Part shown: positions 12,325-25,720 of the stretch, piece by piece
Numbering within the stretch: the stretch's first letter is position 1
Layout of the letters: every line of letters begins with the position of its first letter
Assembly (NCBI GenBank): GCA_050084985.1
Contig: JBITNC010000001.1
Coordinates: 101,246,001 to 101,310,000, forward strand
Length of the DNA: 64,000 nucleotides
Source: Nageia nagi
Lineage: Eukaryota > Plantae > Pinophyta
Reading direction: 5' to 3'
Made by a program: the position numbers and the translations under genes
Notes under the pieces: model-generated
Told to the model about the DNA's origin: nothing
Databases searched by the model: none
Seen by the model: the letters and a program-made list of their open reading frames with translations, nothing else

Positions 12325-14586
12325 CAAATCTAGGGAAGATTTGATCCAACACCCGCAAAGTTCCACTCTTCGTTTGTGAGACCGTACGACTCCATGGTCT
12401 CCTCCAAGAAAGCTAAAGGTCTTTCGCCCTACTTTGGAAATCATACCCATGATGCTGCCATTCTACCTATAAAATTCCTCAATTTGCAAGGATGTAACCT
12501 GCATTTGAAACCTCTAGATGGCTATCTATCTCTCATGATGAATAGGCCTACCTGCCTTTAGAAGATTGAGGTCTTCAACCTCAAGATGCTCCTGAATGAG
12601 GTTTTGTGCCTTTGCCAAGATTGCCTCCTTCCGCATGTTGCCATCTTCCCCTTGGAACTTTAACTGATATAGGTACTGGGTCATTTGTTCTTCCACCTCC
12701 TTCCTCAGAGGTATCCTGGCTTTAAGCACTGCTTGGCACTTGTCTAATGTGTGCTTCAGCCAATCATGTTGGCACATGAATTCATGGCAGTAGACCAATT
12801 TTTCAAGCTTATCAACAAATGCACATTGTAGGTTGTTAACTGCAAGAAGATGACCATCTAACTTCTCGAGGAGAGATGTTATTTGGGATTTTAATTCTCT
12901 TAACTCAACTCCTTCCTCGATAAGGCCATATATTTGAGAAGCAAGCCTCTAAATGGTCTCCATCACCTCTTTTTTCAAGGAATCCTTCATTAACTCACAA
13001 CCTAAATGGAATGAAGCTTGCTTTTTAAGCTCAACAAGAGTTGTACTTACAGTTTGGAACTCTTTTATGATTATTCTGTTGGTTGTAAGTTCCTTCTTCA
13101 ATCTCCTCACTTCTTGTTTAGCCTCATAGCCTTCTTGCTCCATAACTGTTGCATTTTGGGTGACTATGTGCTTCCTTGTTGATAAGTCTACCTTTGAAAG
13201 CATCTTGAAAGTTTCTATCATACAATCTTTCGGTCCTTTGGGACATTTCTCCTTAGAACAACAATGGTTGATGGATATCTCCTTTCTGTTTGTAGAAACA
13301 TAAGTGTCTACTCATCTCACCTTCACACCATCAAAGAGCTCCTCTTCTTTGTCCTCAGACCTCAAATCTAGATCAATATCTTCATCATGATCCGCGCTCA
13401 TGCTCAAAGCTCTCAAGCAAGCGTCCAAGTTAGGATTTGGATGTTCGATGGTTGGTTTGGGAGGAAGTCTCTGCAATAGCACTCTGCTTTTATTTGCCTT
13501 CTTGACTTCTCTTGTTGGAGTGGACTGAATGAGGGCAACTTCTTTACCTTGATGCTCATCCTGCTTCCTTTTCTTCTTCTGCTCTTCTGTCTCACCTTCA
13601 TCTTCTTCATCCCCATTGCCTCCTCCTAGAGATATCACTTCCTACAGGGCTGAGGAGATCTCTCATGGCTGGTTCTCTTTGTTGGGGCCTTCTGGGAAGA
13701 TGGGGATGACTTCCTCCTATGTTTTGTAGGAGAAGGTTTGGAAGTGCCCACCTTTTTGGCACACTTCACTCCAACAATCTAGACATCTTCATCACAAGTT
13801 TCTACACCTATAAACAAATTTTCATCATCTAGGAGAGTATCATTCTCCGTATCATCAGATGCAAAATCACCTACGGCTACATTCTCTTCTTAAGTAGGGT
13901 ATTCAATATCACAGGGATTGGAATCACCATCATCATCATCTTCTTCTTCACTATGACTTTCTTCTTTTTCTTGGCCCTCTTCATTAAGGCCTGGTTCTTT
14001 GATATCTTCTTCATCTAAAGAAGAGGAGGAGGAGGAACTGGAAGAATTGAAACTTGGTTGTAATGGGGGAACCTTCTCTTTGTATCCTTGAAGGTGTGAG
14101 GGTATCTGTGGAGTTGGTTTTTTGAGAGGGAAATCATTGGCACAAGCTTGCTCAAGCACACTCAAAGGGACATCTGTGTAGCCTGTTTCCCTATGATCAG
14201 CCACCTGTTGGCTTATCTTGCCTACATTAGGCTCCACTTTGCACTTGTTGGGGCCCATGGAAGCATATTGGCCCATGGTTCCTTGTCTCTTCCCAAGGGA
14301 AAGCAAGGGAGATTCCTTGACTTGTGGAGGTAGATCGCTAGCAGGAAGAGGTGTCTTGATCCTAAGTGGGACCTCTTTTGATCTCTCTTTTACAGTCCTA
14401 GGTCTTTGAGATGTTTTGCCTTTTGTTTTGAGGGGCACCTTATCCTTGCTCAAAAGAGCGTCTATCCTTTAGATCTTCTCCTCATCTTGCACATTCTTGT
14501 ACTTCTTCACATTCCCTAAAAATTTGTGCTTGAATACTATGGGTTTTGGGAATGCAATGCTATAAAAATGTGCAATAACACCCCTA
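12325..14586 (-). pseudogene. A1 accessory ORF, C-terminal part (acidic/disordered region + coiled coil)
   Basis: ORF fragments 13890-14453, 13312-13638, 12949-13221, 12526-12798 align with A2 fragments (e.g. IETFKMLSKVDLSTRKHIV vs IETFKMLAKLGLTARKHIV; YQLKFQGED in both). Confidence 0.8.
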
Positions 14587-15715
14587 GGATCTATTGGGAT
14601 GGAAAACTTTCCAACCCGCCTATGATCGCTTGCACACGATCGGGAAGGGGAAAGCACCTAGCATTTAGGTGAGATAGCGTAACTTACTTCCTCTTGAAAG
14701 GACTGAAACTCCAAGGTTTGTTTGTGTTCTTGTTGAAATAGCACAATTTTATATGATCTAGGGGAATGAACTCAACTGGTTTGATAGAGGTAGAGATTAT
14801 TAACTCACGTTTCTTTTTTTTGGAACAAGATGTTTTTGCGATGTTTGAAAGTTGTTTTGGTTGTGTAAAAAAAAGAATGCAAGAAAGATAAAATAAGCAA
14901 ATAAAACAAAGAAAAAGGTGAGAATGATCCAATACTGGTTAGATCACAAGGCGACTATCACAGCAAAGCATTGTCTAAAATGAGACGTTTTCTAATTGAT
15001 TATGAAGTTTTTGTTCATTCAACCTAGTTCAAAGTGAATGACTATTGTCCAATCAATTTTGAATGTAGAGCACAAGGTGAAACTAATTGTCGGTACTCTA
15101 CGAACAACACCGATGCAATCAAAGCAACTTAGCATAGAACGCATGCTTTGGAACCAAGTTTGAATGAAAGCTTCAAATAGGATATAGAAAAGAAACAACT
15201 TCAAAATACATTTTGTTTAAAAGTGCATGAAGCAAAAGGTGACAAACTTAGAGTAATTCAAAATATTTTTTAAAGTTTGAACAACTATTTTTTCCTAAAA
15301 CTCTCAAGTTTTCAAGGAAAAAACGAAAATATTTGAATCATGTAAGAAGGCCACAAAATGAAACCCAATCACCACTCCATGTATTACAAATCTCTTGAGA
15401 AAATAAGTCACCACTTTGTATTAGCATGTACAAGAGTTACAAAAAAGTTTCCACAATTTTCTTCTTTTACAAAAAAATTTGAACTTGTTATCCAAATTTT
15501 CATTCTTTGAAAAGTTCCAAACTTTCATTCTACATAAAAGTGACCCCATAGGGTCTATTTATAGAATTTCTAGAGTTCCCAAGTGTTTCCCTAATTCTAT
15601 AAAAAAAATATTAAAATATTACATATTTGCCTCCTATGACTAAGTTAGCTGACTTTTGGTGCTCTACTTGCCAAGCTGACTAATCATGAGAGCAGATTAG
15701 TTGAGTTTTGGTGCT

Positions 15716-18219
15716 CAACTTTCCTGGTTGACTGATTTACAAAATTTTTGAAAATGACTACAAACTATGGTGGCTGGTTTGTAGTTTGCACGTGTGATGC
15801 GATGACCATCTCGAAGTTGGCGCCCATGAAGGTTTCTCTATTTTTGACTCCTGTGTTGAGAATTTCCATAACTCCATTTGGCAACAGATATGCAATAATG
15901 GTCTTTGAAGTCTTCTTCATCTCGCTGCACCATACTGCCATATCATTGGCATATTTGATCTATTTTCTGAACTTGAGGACATTGATATCCTTGGTCTCGA
16001 GGTAGGTTGCAATCATCAGCTAGACTTCATTTATCATTGTACTGTCATCCCTGTTGCATCCATCCTCCTTGATCAGCTTTAGATCAAATTGGTATTCTGC
16101 TAGCTATTTCTTCATGTCCTCCTTGAAATTTGTTCGAACTTGGATGAAATCCTAACACTTTGAAATAGTGTAGAATAGCCAATCATACTGATAAAAGAAT
16201 TGGTGACAATACTCCAATTGTATTGGCATGCTAGCAGTCTTCCTTCTCAGATCATGCATCACTTGATAATTATTGCCCCACCTGGCAATCAATTCATGGA
16301 TCCTACCTTGTACAACAAATGATCCACTCTCCTTGATAAAGAAATTAGTTATTCCTAGGAATAACTCCTAAATGGCTTCTTTGGTTTCTTTTATCCACTC
16401 CTCTTTGATCGCTTGAATCCTAGTATTCAAGGAAATCTGCTTCCTGATGTCTTCAACTGTTAGGTTAGTAGCTTGGATATCAACGATCAACCTTTTCTAC
16501 CCGACCAATTCTCTTTTAAGCTTCCTGAGCTCTATTTTCTATGAAATATTCTCCTTTGTTAATGCCACAACATTTGTGACGATTGAATTTTGCTTGCCGC
16601 CTACCCAAAGTTCTTATCTTTCTACATGGCTCTTCCTTTGTTTCCACCACCAATGCAAATTCCCCACTGGCATTTCTTTTCCTTCCTGCAACAATGGTAT
16701 CAGTGACGATGGAGTTATCCTTCATTGAGACATAAGTTGCTATATGTTCAAGTTCAATTTCTAAATCTTGATCGGTTTCAAGGTCAACATGGGCTTCAGA
16801 TAGGTGGTATGCTCTTAAATTGTTCAAGAGCACCTTCACGCCGAAATTGTAACCTGGTTCAAGATCAGCAACTATAGCCACTTGTCTCTCAAGATTCCCT
16901 TGATGTTCATCCTCTCTCCTCTTTTTCCTTTGGTCTTTGTTTTCACCTTCATCCTCGTCGTTTCTTCCATCTCCTCCTGATGAGGAAGCTATTTCCTTGG
17001 ATGTTGAGGTCCTTCTTGGAGCAATTGGTGGAGGTTTTCTCTGAGGTGGAGGTGTCTTCTTCAGTTGTCGAGGTGTGAAAGCCCGTGTAGAGGTAGGTTT
17101 TGCAGCTTGTACAGGTTCTTCCACGGTAGGAGGATCTATGGTCAGTTTTTCCATGACTGATGAATCTAATTCATTGTCTGAGATATAAGGTATTTCTAAT
17201 ATTTGGCCATCTTCCAAAGGCTTTCTTAAGAGGTCTCCTTCGTCAATCTCATATCCATCCTCGTTATTGGAAGGAGCAGGAGAACTAGTGCCAAAATAAT
17301 ATAATTGTCCATCTCAAGATGGACCTCTGGGAGGGACTTCCACTAGCTTTTTCAAGCATTTGTATGGGTGTGAAGTGCTACCAGTCTCTTTAGTGCTCTT
17401 TATCTCTTGAGATAATCTTTGTATAGTCTAATTAATAGTTTGCCCTGGTTGAACAATGAGTGTAGCATATTGACCAGACTGCCCTTGTGTCAACCTCACG
17501 GAAGGTGAAATTGGTGGAGGCACGTACGGAATCAAGGGATTCCCTTTAAGGATTATCGAAGGATGTATCCTGACTACTGCATTCTCCTCTTGCAAACCTC
17601 TCTTCATCTTCTTCTTGGTTACTGTCTGCAAAAGCTTATCTTCCGCTGCCATGTCCCTATTTCTTTCACTGATCTAATCTATATCATTTACATTTATGTA
17701 CCTTTTGAGCTTTCTTAGGGACTTGGGGGGTAATCGGTTTGCCAGGTTTTCTTGAAAAATGTGCCAATTACACCTTCGAGGTCATAGTAATCTACCGCCT
17801 ATTCTACTATGAAGCCGTAGTATGCCAACTCCGTCTTCATTGTTTTGACTTGTCGTCAAGGCGTGCATTCATACTCCCCTATTCGGATAGGTAATTTACA
17901 AGTGGTAGCACCTTTCTTACATCAAACTTTCTCATACAGGTACAACAAGTCTCTGCAAAGTTCCATTAGTATGAACTGATCACTTGCGTAACAAGGAAGT
18001 CTGTAAGGTGGTTCAATTGACTTGTAGACCCTGATGTATGTGGCATCCGTTTCTTCAAGATAGAAATCTACATGTCCTCGAAGAGCTTAGATTGCCGCCT
18101 CTGATAGTCTGGTCATATTGACGGTTTCCTTTATTTCCTTGTATATTCGACACTCGAATCCGTCATTCATCATTTTGAATTTGTCTCACCATCTTTCTAG
18201 CTGAAATCTAGGGTAGCTC
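15716..18219 (-). pseudogene. B1 accessory ORF, C-terminal part
   Basis: RIYKEIKETVNMTRLSEAAI..HVDFYLEETDATYIRVY...YASDQFILMEL is homologous to the A-family KEIKEESIVKRISDVAIQAISVHANF..YTYIRVY...YASERLVLMEF; followed by the Pro/acidic region (ORF 16516-17217). Confidence 0.75.
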
Positions 18220-18407
18220 TACCATGTTGTGTCTACACAACACCCCCCCAAATTTTTGCATTTTGAGGACCCTCATAATAGTGACAAGGAAGTTGCATAG
18301 AAAATAATTTTTCAAAGGAAATGCATATTTTTTTGGACTAGCTTCAGGAACATGTTTTAGATTGCATTTCCATGGTAGTCAAGTCAAGATCATACATTTT
18401 TCAGCCT

Positions 18408-19055
18408 ATCGCATGTTTTTGAGTGAGTCCTTTTGCACTCCTTTCAAACCATGCAACCAACCTCCTCTTGTGTTTTTCATCCTTGTCACTTGTATTTCAT
18501 GTTGTGTAGTGGCACCCTAAAGGCCTTCATGTTACAGGAATTCGTCATTCTGTTTGCATTTCATGTATGTGTCGTTTTGGTCGAAAATGCAAAGGAAAAT
18601 CACGTCTTTTTTAGCTTGTTGCATGTTTTTGAGCGAGTCCTTTTGCACTCATCCCAAAAGGTGCGACCAAGGTGAAAACTCTCTCGGACTCAGCATTTTT
18701 GATGCATGGAAAGTTGTCGCATGGTTTCTAGTGAGTCCCTTTGCTCTCATCAGAAAAGGAGCGACCAAGGTAGCAGTTTGTATACTTAGCATTTTTTTTG
18801 GAATGAAAGTTGTCGCATGTTTTTCAACGAGTCCTTTTGCACTCACCAAAAACGGTGCGACCAGAATGGAGATTTCATACTTAGCATTTTTTCGGAGTTA
18901 TGAGTTGTCGCATGTTTTTGAGCGAGTCCTTTTGCACTCACCCAAAATGATGCGACCAAAGAGAAAAGTACTTAAGTCATTTTTATGGGAATCAAAGCTA
19001 GTCGCATGCTTTTCAATGAGTCCTTTTGCACCCTACTTGAACCATGCGACCAGAA
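18408..19055 (+). repeat. Tandem ~95-bp hairpin units in the A2 leader
   Basis: Units GTCGCATGTTTTT..GAGTCCTTTTGCACTCA..AAAA..TGCGACCA at ~18408, 18618, 18717, 18812, 18907, 19001; more degenerate copies to ~19920. Confidence 0.8.
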
Positions 19056-20049
19056 TCACTAAGGGAAAATTGGCTAAGTGTTGGGTCCCATTTGTTGACA
19101 AGTGGAAGCTCATGCATTGGACCTCCTTCTACACCTATCACATGGTGACACCTGTCCCATTCGAAAGGCTATAAAAGGGAAGTCAGCCCCATTATTTCAA
19201 TTTGCCATCTTTTTTGGAGCAGAGTGTGGAGCTAAAGAAAAAAAGGCACCCCCTCCGAAATGTGCAACCAAGGTTTGAATAGCATTTTTCGAGGTGTTTT
19301 GGAATTTTTGGTCTTGGGAAGCGTGCCAAAACCTAGGTGCAAGGATTTCGAGTTGTGTTTTTTCACTCATCAAAAAACGGTGCAACCAAGGGGTTAAAAC
19401 TTCAATGTCAACTTGAAAATCAGCTAAGTATTTGGAAGACTAGTCGCATGCTTTTCATCACATGCTTTTGCACCTTTCAAGAAACATGCGCCCTTGTTCT
19501 TGCTCCACTATTTGACCCTAGATGGACCAGTCAGGAGGTGACACCTAGCAGTACATGAATCTATAAATATCCCTTCACCCCTTAATCATTTCAAACATTC
19601 CATTTCAGAATAGCCACCTTTTTCTAGTCACACCATTTCTCATGAATGCTTAGGCACTTGTTCCAAACCGTGCGACCAAGAAGAAGGAAGGTTTTTGGGG
19701 TACATTGCGCATCCAGTTAGCCTTTTTGGCTAAGGTATTTTAGTCTAGCCCCTAAGCCTAGTCGCATGTTTTCAAAGTTGCGCTCAAAGCACTCATCCAA
19801 AACCATACGCCCAGATTTGAAGTAGAGAATTTTGTTCCGAAATTTGACTAAGAGGCTCTAAGCCTTGTTGCATGCTTTTCAAGTTGTGCTTTTGTACCCA
19901 TGCAAAATTGTGTGCCCAAATTGGTCAGATATTAGGAGTTGAAAGGGGAGGAGATAAGTGACATTCTTGCATGGATTCAAACATCAGAGCACCTCCATTA
20001 AGGACTAGGTAGGTTCAGGGTCAGTTATTCGAAAGACATGTAACTAAAA

Positions 20050-21602
20050 GCCAGATGACCTGACTTCTGAAAGAAAACTTGATTGAATTAGGAGAAAGAG
20101 AAACCAAAACTCCATGAAGCCAAATTCAAGGGAAGACATCTTTGTTGGTGACACCGATTGGGGAAACTTGGACCCCATCCAGACATCGGCCTCCACGTCC
20201 TCCATCAGCCAAGAGGACTTGTCGGAGGAGCTCATCCACACATGCGGCTTGTTCAACGCCACTATGATGCCATTTGCAGTACCTTTTCCTGACCTATGCA
20301 GTGAGGTAGCCAGGAAATGTGAATATGACAAGAGGGTCCTACGGGACATAGAAGGCAACATGATCATGGACTTTTCCCCTGCTGGAATTGAAGCAGCCTT
20401 TGGATGGAAAAGGTATGGGGACGATTACACATTGGCCTATTCTGAGGAGTTCCATGATTCCACAACCCGTCTTGGGGAATACATTCGGCCCTGATTGCTG
20501 GAAGATACTCAAAACCTTCAAGGTCAGAGATTGAACAACGCACGGAGAGAGGAGTTTCTACCCATTGTGGCAAAGTTGATCACTCTCCTGTTGAGGGTGA
20601 ATGGTTAGGAAAATGATGCCAAATATAGGAGGGAGTTCATGGGCTTTATTGCAGTCATCAGTTCGGAGAAACCTATTCGATGCGCTAGGGTCATCAATGA
20701 TGCCCTACGCAACTAGTTAGCCTATTTTGGCTCCTCCAAGAGATTCTATATGAACTCTTATTTTGTGTACCTGTTGTTGCATGGCAAAGTCAGATCCAAG
20801 GAGTTGGCTAATGAAAGGTACTTGGGGCAGAAGAACGTCACTGTGTGGAGAGCTTACCAGAGATGGTGGTACCAGAACAAGTTCCAGTATTTCTATTAAA
20901 GGACTGATCGCTAGGAATACGATATCTACAAGGATATCAAAGGGGAATCCGTTGTGAAAAGGATTTCTGATGCAGCTATTCAAGCCATCAGCGTACATGC
21001 AGATTTCTTTCTACAAGATGCTGACTTTACCTATATCAGATTCTATGGCTTAGAGGAGCAACCCCTACTCCTACCAAGGTTTTCCAATGACAGGTTGATT
21101 CTCATGGAGTTTGCCAAGCAACTCTTGTTCTTGAAGGAGAAGGTCTGGAAGAAGAAGAACGTTACCATCAATTTGCCTATTTCAATATCCAAGTATGTGT
21201 GTTAGATGTGGGTTGAGGCAACCCATATGAGGGAAGAGCTACAATAGTATAACTTCTTCAGGGAGGCTGCTACTAGGAATTATGATCCTCAGGGCGTAGT
21301 TGCACATTTCTATGACACTGTGTTCCACAGGCCCATTGCATTTCCACATAAGCCTTTAAAGGATGAAGAGAGGTATAGGAACATGCGGGATGAAGGGGAG
21401 ATTGCGTGGATAAATGTTGCTTTGAGCAAGAAAAAGGCTCCCCTCCAAACAGAAAAGCCCCCTCAAAGACCTCGAACTACCAAGCACTGATCTAAAGAGG
21501 TCTCTCTCAAGATCAAGTCTCCTTCTCCTGCTCATACTACATCTTCACCAAGAAAGACACTCTTGCTTCCTGCAGGAAAGAGGCAAGAGGCTTCGAGGGA
21601 AC
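20050..21602 (+). pseudogene. A2 accessory ORF, N-terminal conserved domain
   Basis: TDWGNLDPIQT...GLFNATMMPFAVPFPDLCSEVARKC...DFSPAGIEAAFGW; matches A1 at 34847-35366; several stops and frameshifts. Confidence 0.8.
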
Positions 21603-22714
21603 TGTTGGGATGGAAAACTTTCCTACCCACCTAGGATCGCCTGCACACGATCGGGATGGGGAAAGCACCCAGCATTAGGTGAGATAGCGTAACTTACCTC
21701 CTCTTGAAAGGACTGAAACCCCAAGGTTTGTTCGTGTTCCCGTTGAAGTTGCACAATTTTATATATACGATGATCAAGGAAATGAACTCAACCGGTTTGA
21801 ATAGAGGTAGAGGCTATTAACTCACATTTTTTTATAGGGACAAGGTGTTTTTGCTATGATTGAAAGTTGCTCTGGTTTTATAAAAAAAGAATGCAGGAAA
21901 GATAAAATAAGCAAATAAAAACAGGAAAAGGGTGAGAATGATCCAATACTGGTTAAGTCACAAGGCGATTGTCACAACAAAGCATTGTCTAAAATGAGAC
22001 GTTTTCTAATTGGTTATGAAGGTTCGGTTCATTCAATCTAGTTCAAGGTGAATGATTATTGTCCAATCAGCTTTAAATCTAGAGCAAGAAGCACGCCTGA
22101 TTGTTGGTACTCCGCGGACGAGACCGATGCAATCAAAGAAAACAACATAGAACGTGCATTTTGGAACCAAGTTTGAACAAAAACTTCAAATAAGATGCAG
22201 AAAAGAAACAAATTCAGAATACATTTTGTTTAAATGTGCAAGAGGCAAAAGATGGCAAGCTTAGAGCAATTTAAGATATTTTTTAAAGTTTGAACAACTA
22301 TTTTTTTCCTAAAACTCTTGATTTTCAAGGAAAGAAGTGAAAATATTTGAATTGTGAAAGAGAGCCACAAATGAAACCCACTCACCACTCCACGCATGAC
22401 AATTCTCTTTAGGAAATATGTAACCACTTTGTATTAGATTTGCAAAAGAGTTACAGAAAAGTTTTCACAATTTTCTCCTTTTACAAAAACTTTGAACTTT
22501 TTCTCAAAACTTTCACTCTTTAAAAAAGTTCCAAACTTTCATTCTACCTAAAAGTGACCCCATGGGGTCTATTTATAGAATTTCTAGGGTTCCAAGTGTT
22601 GCTCTAATTCTATATATATATAATATAATATAATATAAATAAAATATATATAATATATATAATTATATTATTACATGTTACCTGCTACGACTACGTTAAC
22701 TGACTTTTGGTGCT

Positions 22715-23358
22715 CTACTTGCCAAGCTGATTGATCAGGAGAGCAGGGTTAGTCGAGTTTTGATGCTCAACTTTCCTGGCTGACTGATTTACAAAATTTT
22801 CGAAGATGACAAAAATTATAGTGGTTGACTTGCAGTTTGCACATGTGATGCCTTCCTTGAAGTTGGTGCCCATGAAAATTTCCCTTGCCTCTGCTGATAT
22901 GAAGTATGAAGTTGACAAACTCCTTTTGGAATCCTTGATCATTTTCTTTCCCTCATTGCTCCATGCAAACATGTTCTTTATTCCCTCCACTATGAAGTCT
23001 ATCATTTGGATGCCATCAGTGTCATAGAGGGTTCTTTGGATTTCTCCTTTGTGTTGCAGTATCTAGCTACCTCGAGGCAAAACTCTATGATTAGAGCAGA
23101 ATACAAGATCATGGAGGCCTCGTTGACTTTGGATTGAGTGAGAATGTCTTTGAGCAGTTTTCCAAGTGGAATTTGAGCCATCTTCTCTAATGTTTTGACT
23201 GGGTCATTGTGTGCCCAATTTGTATCTCTGATCTGACTGAGGCCATTTACTATCACAGCTGTAGGGAAGAGAGCCTTACCTCTTTTTTCTAGAGTGATCA
23301 CGTTAGTCCTTATGAGCTTCTCCATCTGGAGCTCCTTATTCTTCTTATCAATGCTCAT
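22715..23358 (-). pseudogene. B2 accessory ORF (internally deleted)
   Basis: MSIDKKNKELQMEKLIRTNVITLEKRGKALFP...EVARYC matches the B1 start MSIAKKNKELQMERLMKISLITLEKGGRIAFP...EVARYY (30709); then jumps to the B1 C-terminus (FMG.NF). Confidence 0.75.
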
Positions 23359-24394
23359 GATTTAAACCTGTAGAGTACAACAAGGTGTTAGGAGTGATAG
23401 TGGGTATCTTTGGAGGGATTTTGGAGTGAAAAAGAGAGTCAAATTTTTGGCTTATTTTTGGGTTTTTCAGAAGCTAAGTGTGGATTTTTGCAAATTTTCA
23501 AGTTCGTCAAAATTGGGAAACAAGTACATGGGGTGTTGGCAAATAAATCTAAGAGGCTTATGGCCAAGTCTCAAAGAAAAATTTTAAGTTTTTGGGGTCC
23601 GAATTAACTCGCTGTTTTTTTAGCCCATGTATTCATTTTTTGACAGGTTTTGGCAGCTTCGAAGCTTAGGAAGATGGGGATGTAAAATGGGTATTCAAGC
23701 TCGATTTTTGGGAAGTGAATGATGGAAGCTGCTCTCCTATATGTGGTCTATTACTTTGGTATTCACTTCGAAGTTTGGATCACTCAAAATTTTGGAGTTT
23801 TTTGGCCTTGAAAAAGTTCTTTTTTTTGTGTTTTTTCACTTTTTTCCAAAAAACTTGAAAATGGCCAAAAGATAGCGGGGTCCAAAATTTCGAAAATTTT
23901 TAAAAAGTGGATTTGACCTAATGGGTGGATAAAGGATGGAATTCTAAGATCCTTGAAAAATTTTGACAAGGTTTTAGCTTATTTTGGATCTTGTGAGCAA
24001 ATTTGAAGTTTTTGAGCAATTTTGTGAGCTTTTGTGAGTATTTTGGTCAAACATGGGTGCATGGAGGCTCAAGGAGAGTGTTTGTGAAGCAAATGAGAGG
24101 CTTAGGGTGGTATTTATAGGGTTTTGGTGCTTTTTGCATGCTCTTTAGTGGGTTTTTGACCTAAAAAATGCTCAATGGGTGCATTTTGCACATTTTTTAA
24201 GATTTTTGAGCCTTCAAGCACTCCATAGGCTTGAAATTCAGCGCCTAGCTTTTGGAGGCATTTCTTTTGGTCAAAATGGAAAATTTCAAAGTTTAGATGT
24301 GATTCAAATCACTTCCTTCACCCATCTATGTGCCCAAAATCAAATTTTGATGAGTTTTTGGGGCTTTCTCCTTGCATCTGGGTGCTTTTTTTTT

Positions 24395-25720
24395 TTTGAA
24401 GTTTCCAATGGCTTGCAAACCTGCACCTGACTTTTTGGGGCATTCCTAGTGCTCAATTTCGAAAATTTGCTGATCTAAACATGCTTAGAATGCCCTTTTC
24501 CATGCAACCATGTGAAAAAATTGAAGTTTTTGCAAAAATTTTTATTCCTCCTCATGCTAGGTGCCATTTTTTCACTTTATTGGATTTAGAAAAATAAGCA
24601 AACCTGCACCTAGGATTTTGGGCCACTTCCCTTGCTCAAAATCGAAAATTTGCAAGCTTAAATGTGCTTAAAATCATGTTTTCCATGCATTTGACCCCCT
24701 AAGTTCGAATTTCAAGGCAAAAAATTGAATCTTCATCCTAGGCGCTAGATTTCACTCCATTGGATTTCCAATGACATGAAAAACTACGCCTACCTTTTGG
24801 AAGCCTTTCCATTGCCCAAAATTGAAATTTTGCAAGTTTAAATGTGCTAGAAATGGGGTTTTCCATGCAATTGACACCTTGGGATCAAATTTTGATGCAT
24901 TTTTCACTTATCCTTCCAAGTTAGGCGCCATTTTTCATCCCTATGGAATTAGAAACATTTGCAAACCTGCGCCTAGGCTTTGGAGGGTCAAAACTTGCTC
25001 AAAATTGAATTTTTCATGACCTAAATGTGCTAGAAATCACATTTTACACCCAATGAGCCCTTCAAACTTGAGTTTTGACCAGCTTTGATCAAATTTTTTG
25101 ATTTTAGGCACCATTTTTAATCCCATGGGATTTCCATAGCTCTCAAAACCTGCGCCTAGCCTCTAGGGTGCCCAAATGTGCTCAAAATCAAAAAATTTGA
25201 GACCTAAATATGCTTACAATCATGTTTTCCTTGGTCCCAAGCACTTAAATTTGATTTTTGATCAAAAAACATTCTATCTTGTTAATCTAGGCACCATTTT
25301 TCACTCCAATGGATTTGGAAACATCTAGAAACTTGCGTCTAGTATTCTGGAGGTCTTTGCTCAAAATAAAAAATTTCGAGACCTAATGTGGCTTAGAACC
25401 ATCTTTTCCACTCATTCATGCATTTGGATTTTATTTTTGATGCATTTCCACTTTTTCTTTACTATCTAGGTGCCAAAATGCATCTCTATGGATTTCCCAT
25501 AGACTTGAAAAACTGTGCCTAGCCTTTATAGTGCCCTAGACTTGGTCAAAATCGAAAATTACGAGTCTTAACTATGATAGAATCCACCTTATCTCTCCTA
25601 ATATGCTCTTAGACTCAAATTCCGATACCATTTGCGTTTATCTTTAAGAAACTTGCACCATTTTTCCCTTATTCGGATCTTCAGTACCTTGGGAAAACGT
25701 ACCTAGGGCTAAGACTACTC
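24395..25720. repeat. Degenerate ~182-bp tandem array (~8 units) in B2
   Basis: Anchor (T)GGATTT..AAACCTGCRCCTAG recurs at ~24400, 24580, 24761, 24943, 25128, 25311, 25490, 25675. Confidence 0.8.

Noticed and set aside
18408-19055. CRISPR-like appearance (palindromic repeats with variable spacers)
   Set aside because: Eukaryotic TE context, degenerate repeats, spacers related to each other, no cas genes.
18554-19174. 206-aa ORF with internal repeats
   Set aside because: By-product of the 95-bp hairpin array; no ATG-anchored coding signal and not conserved in A1.
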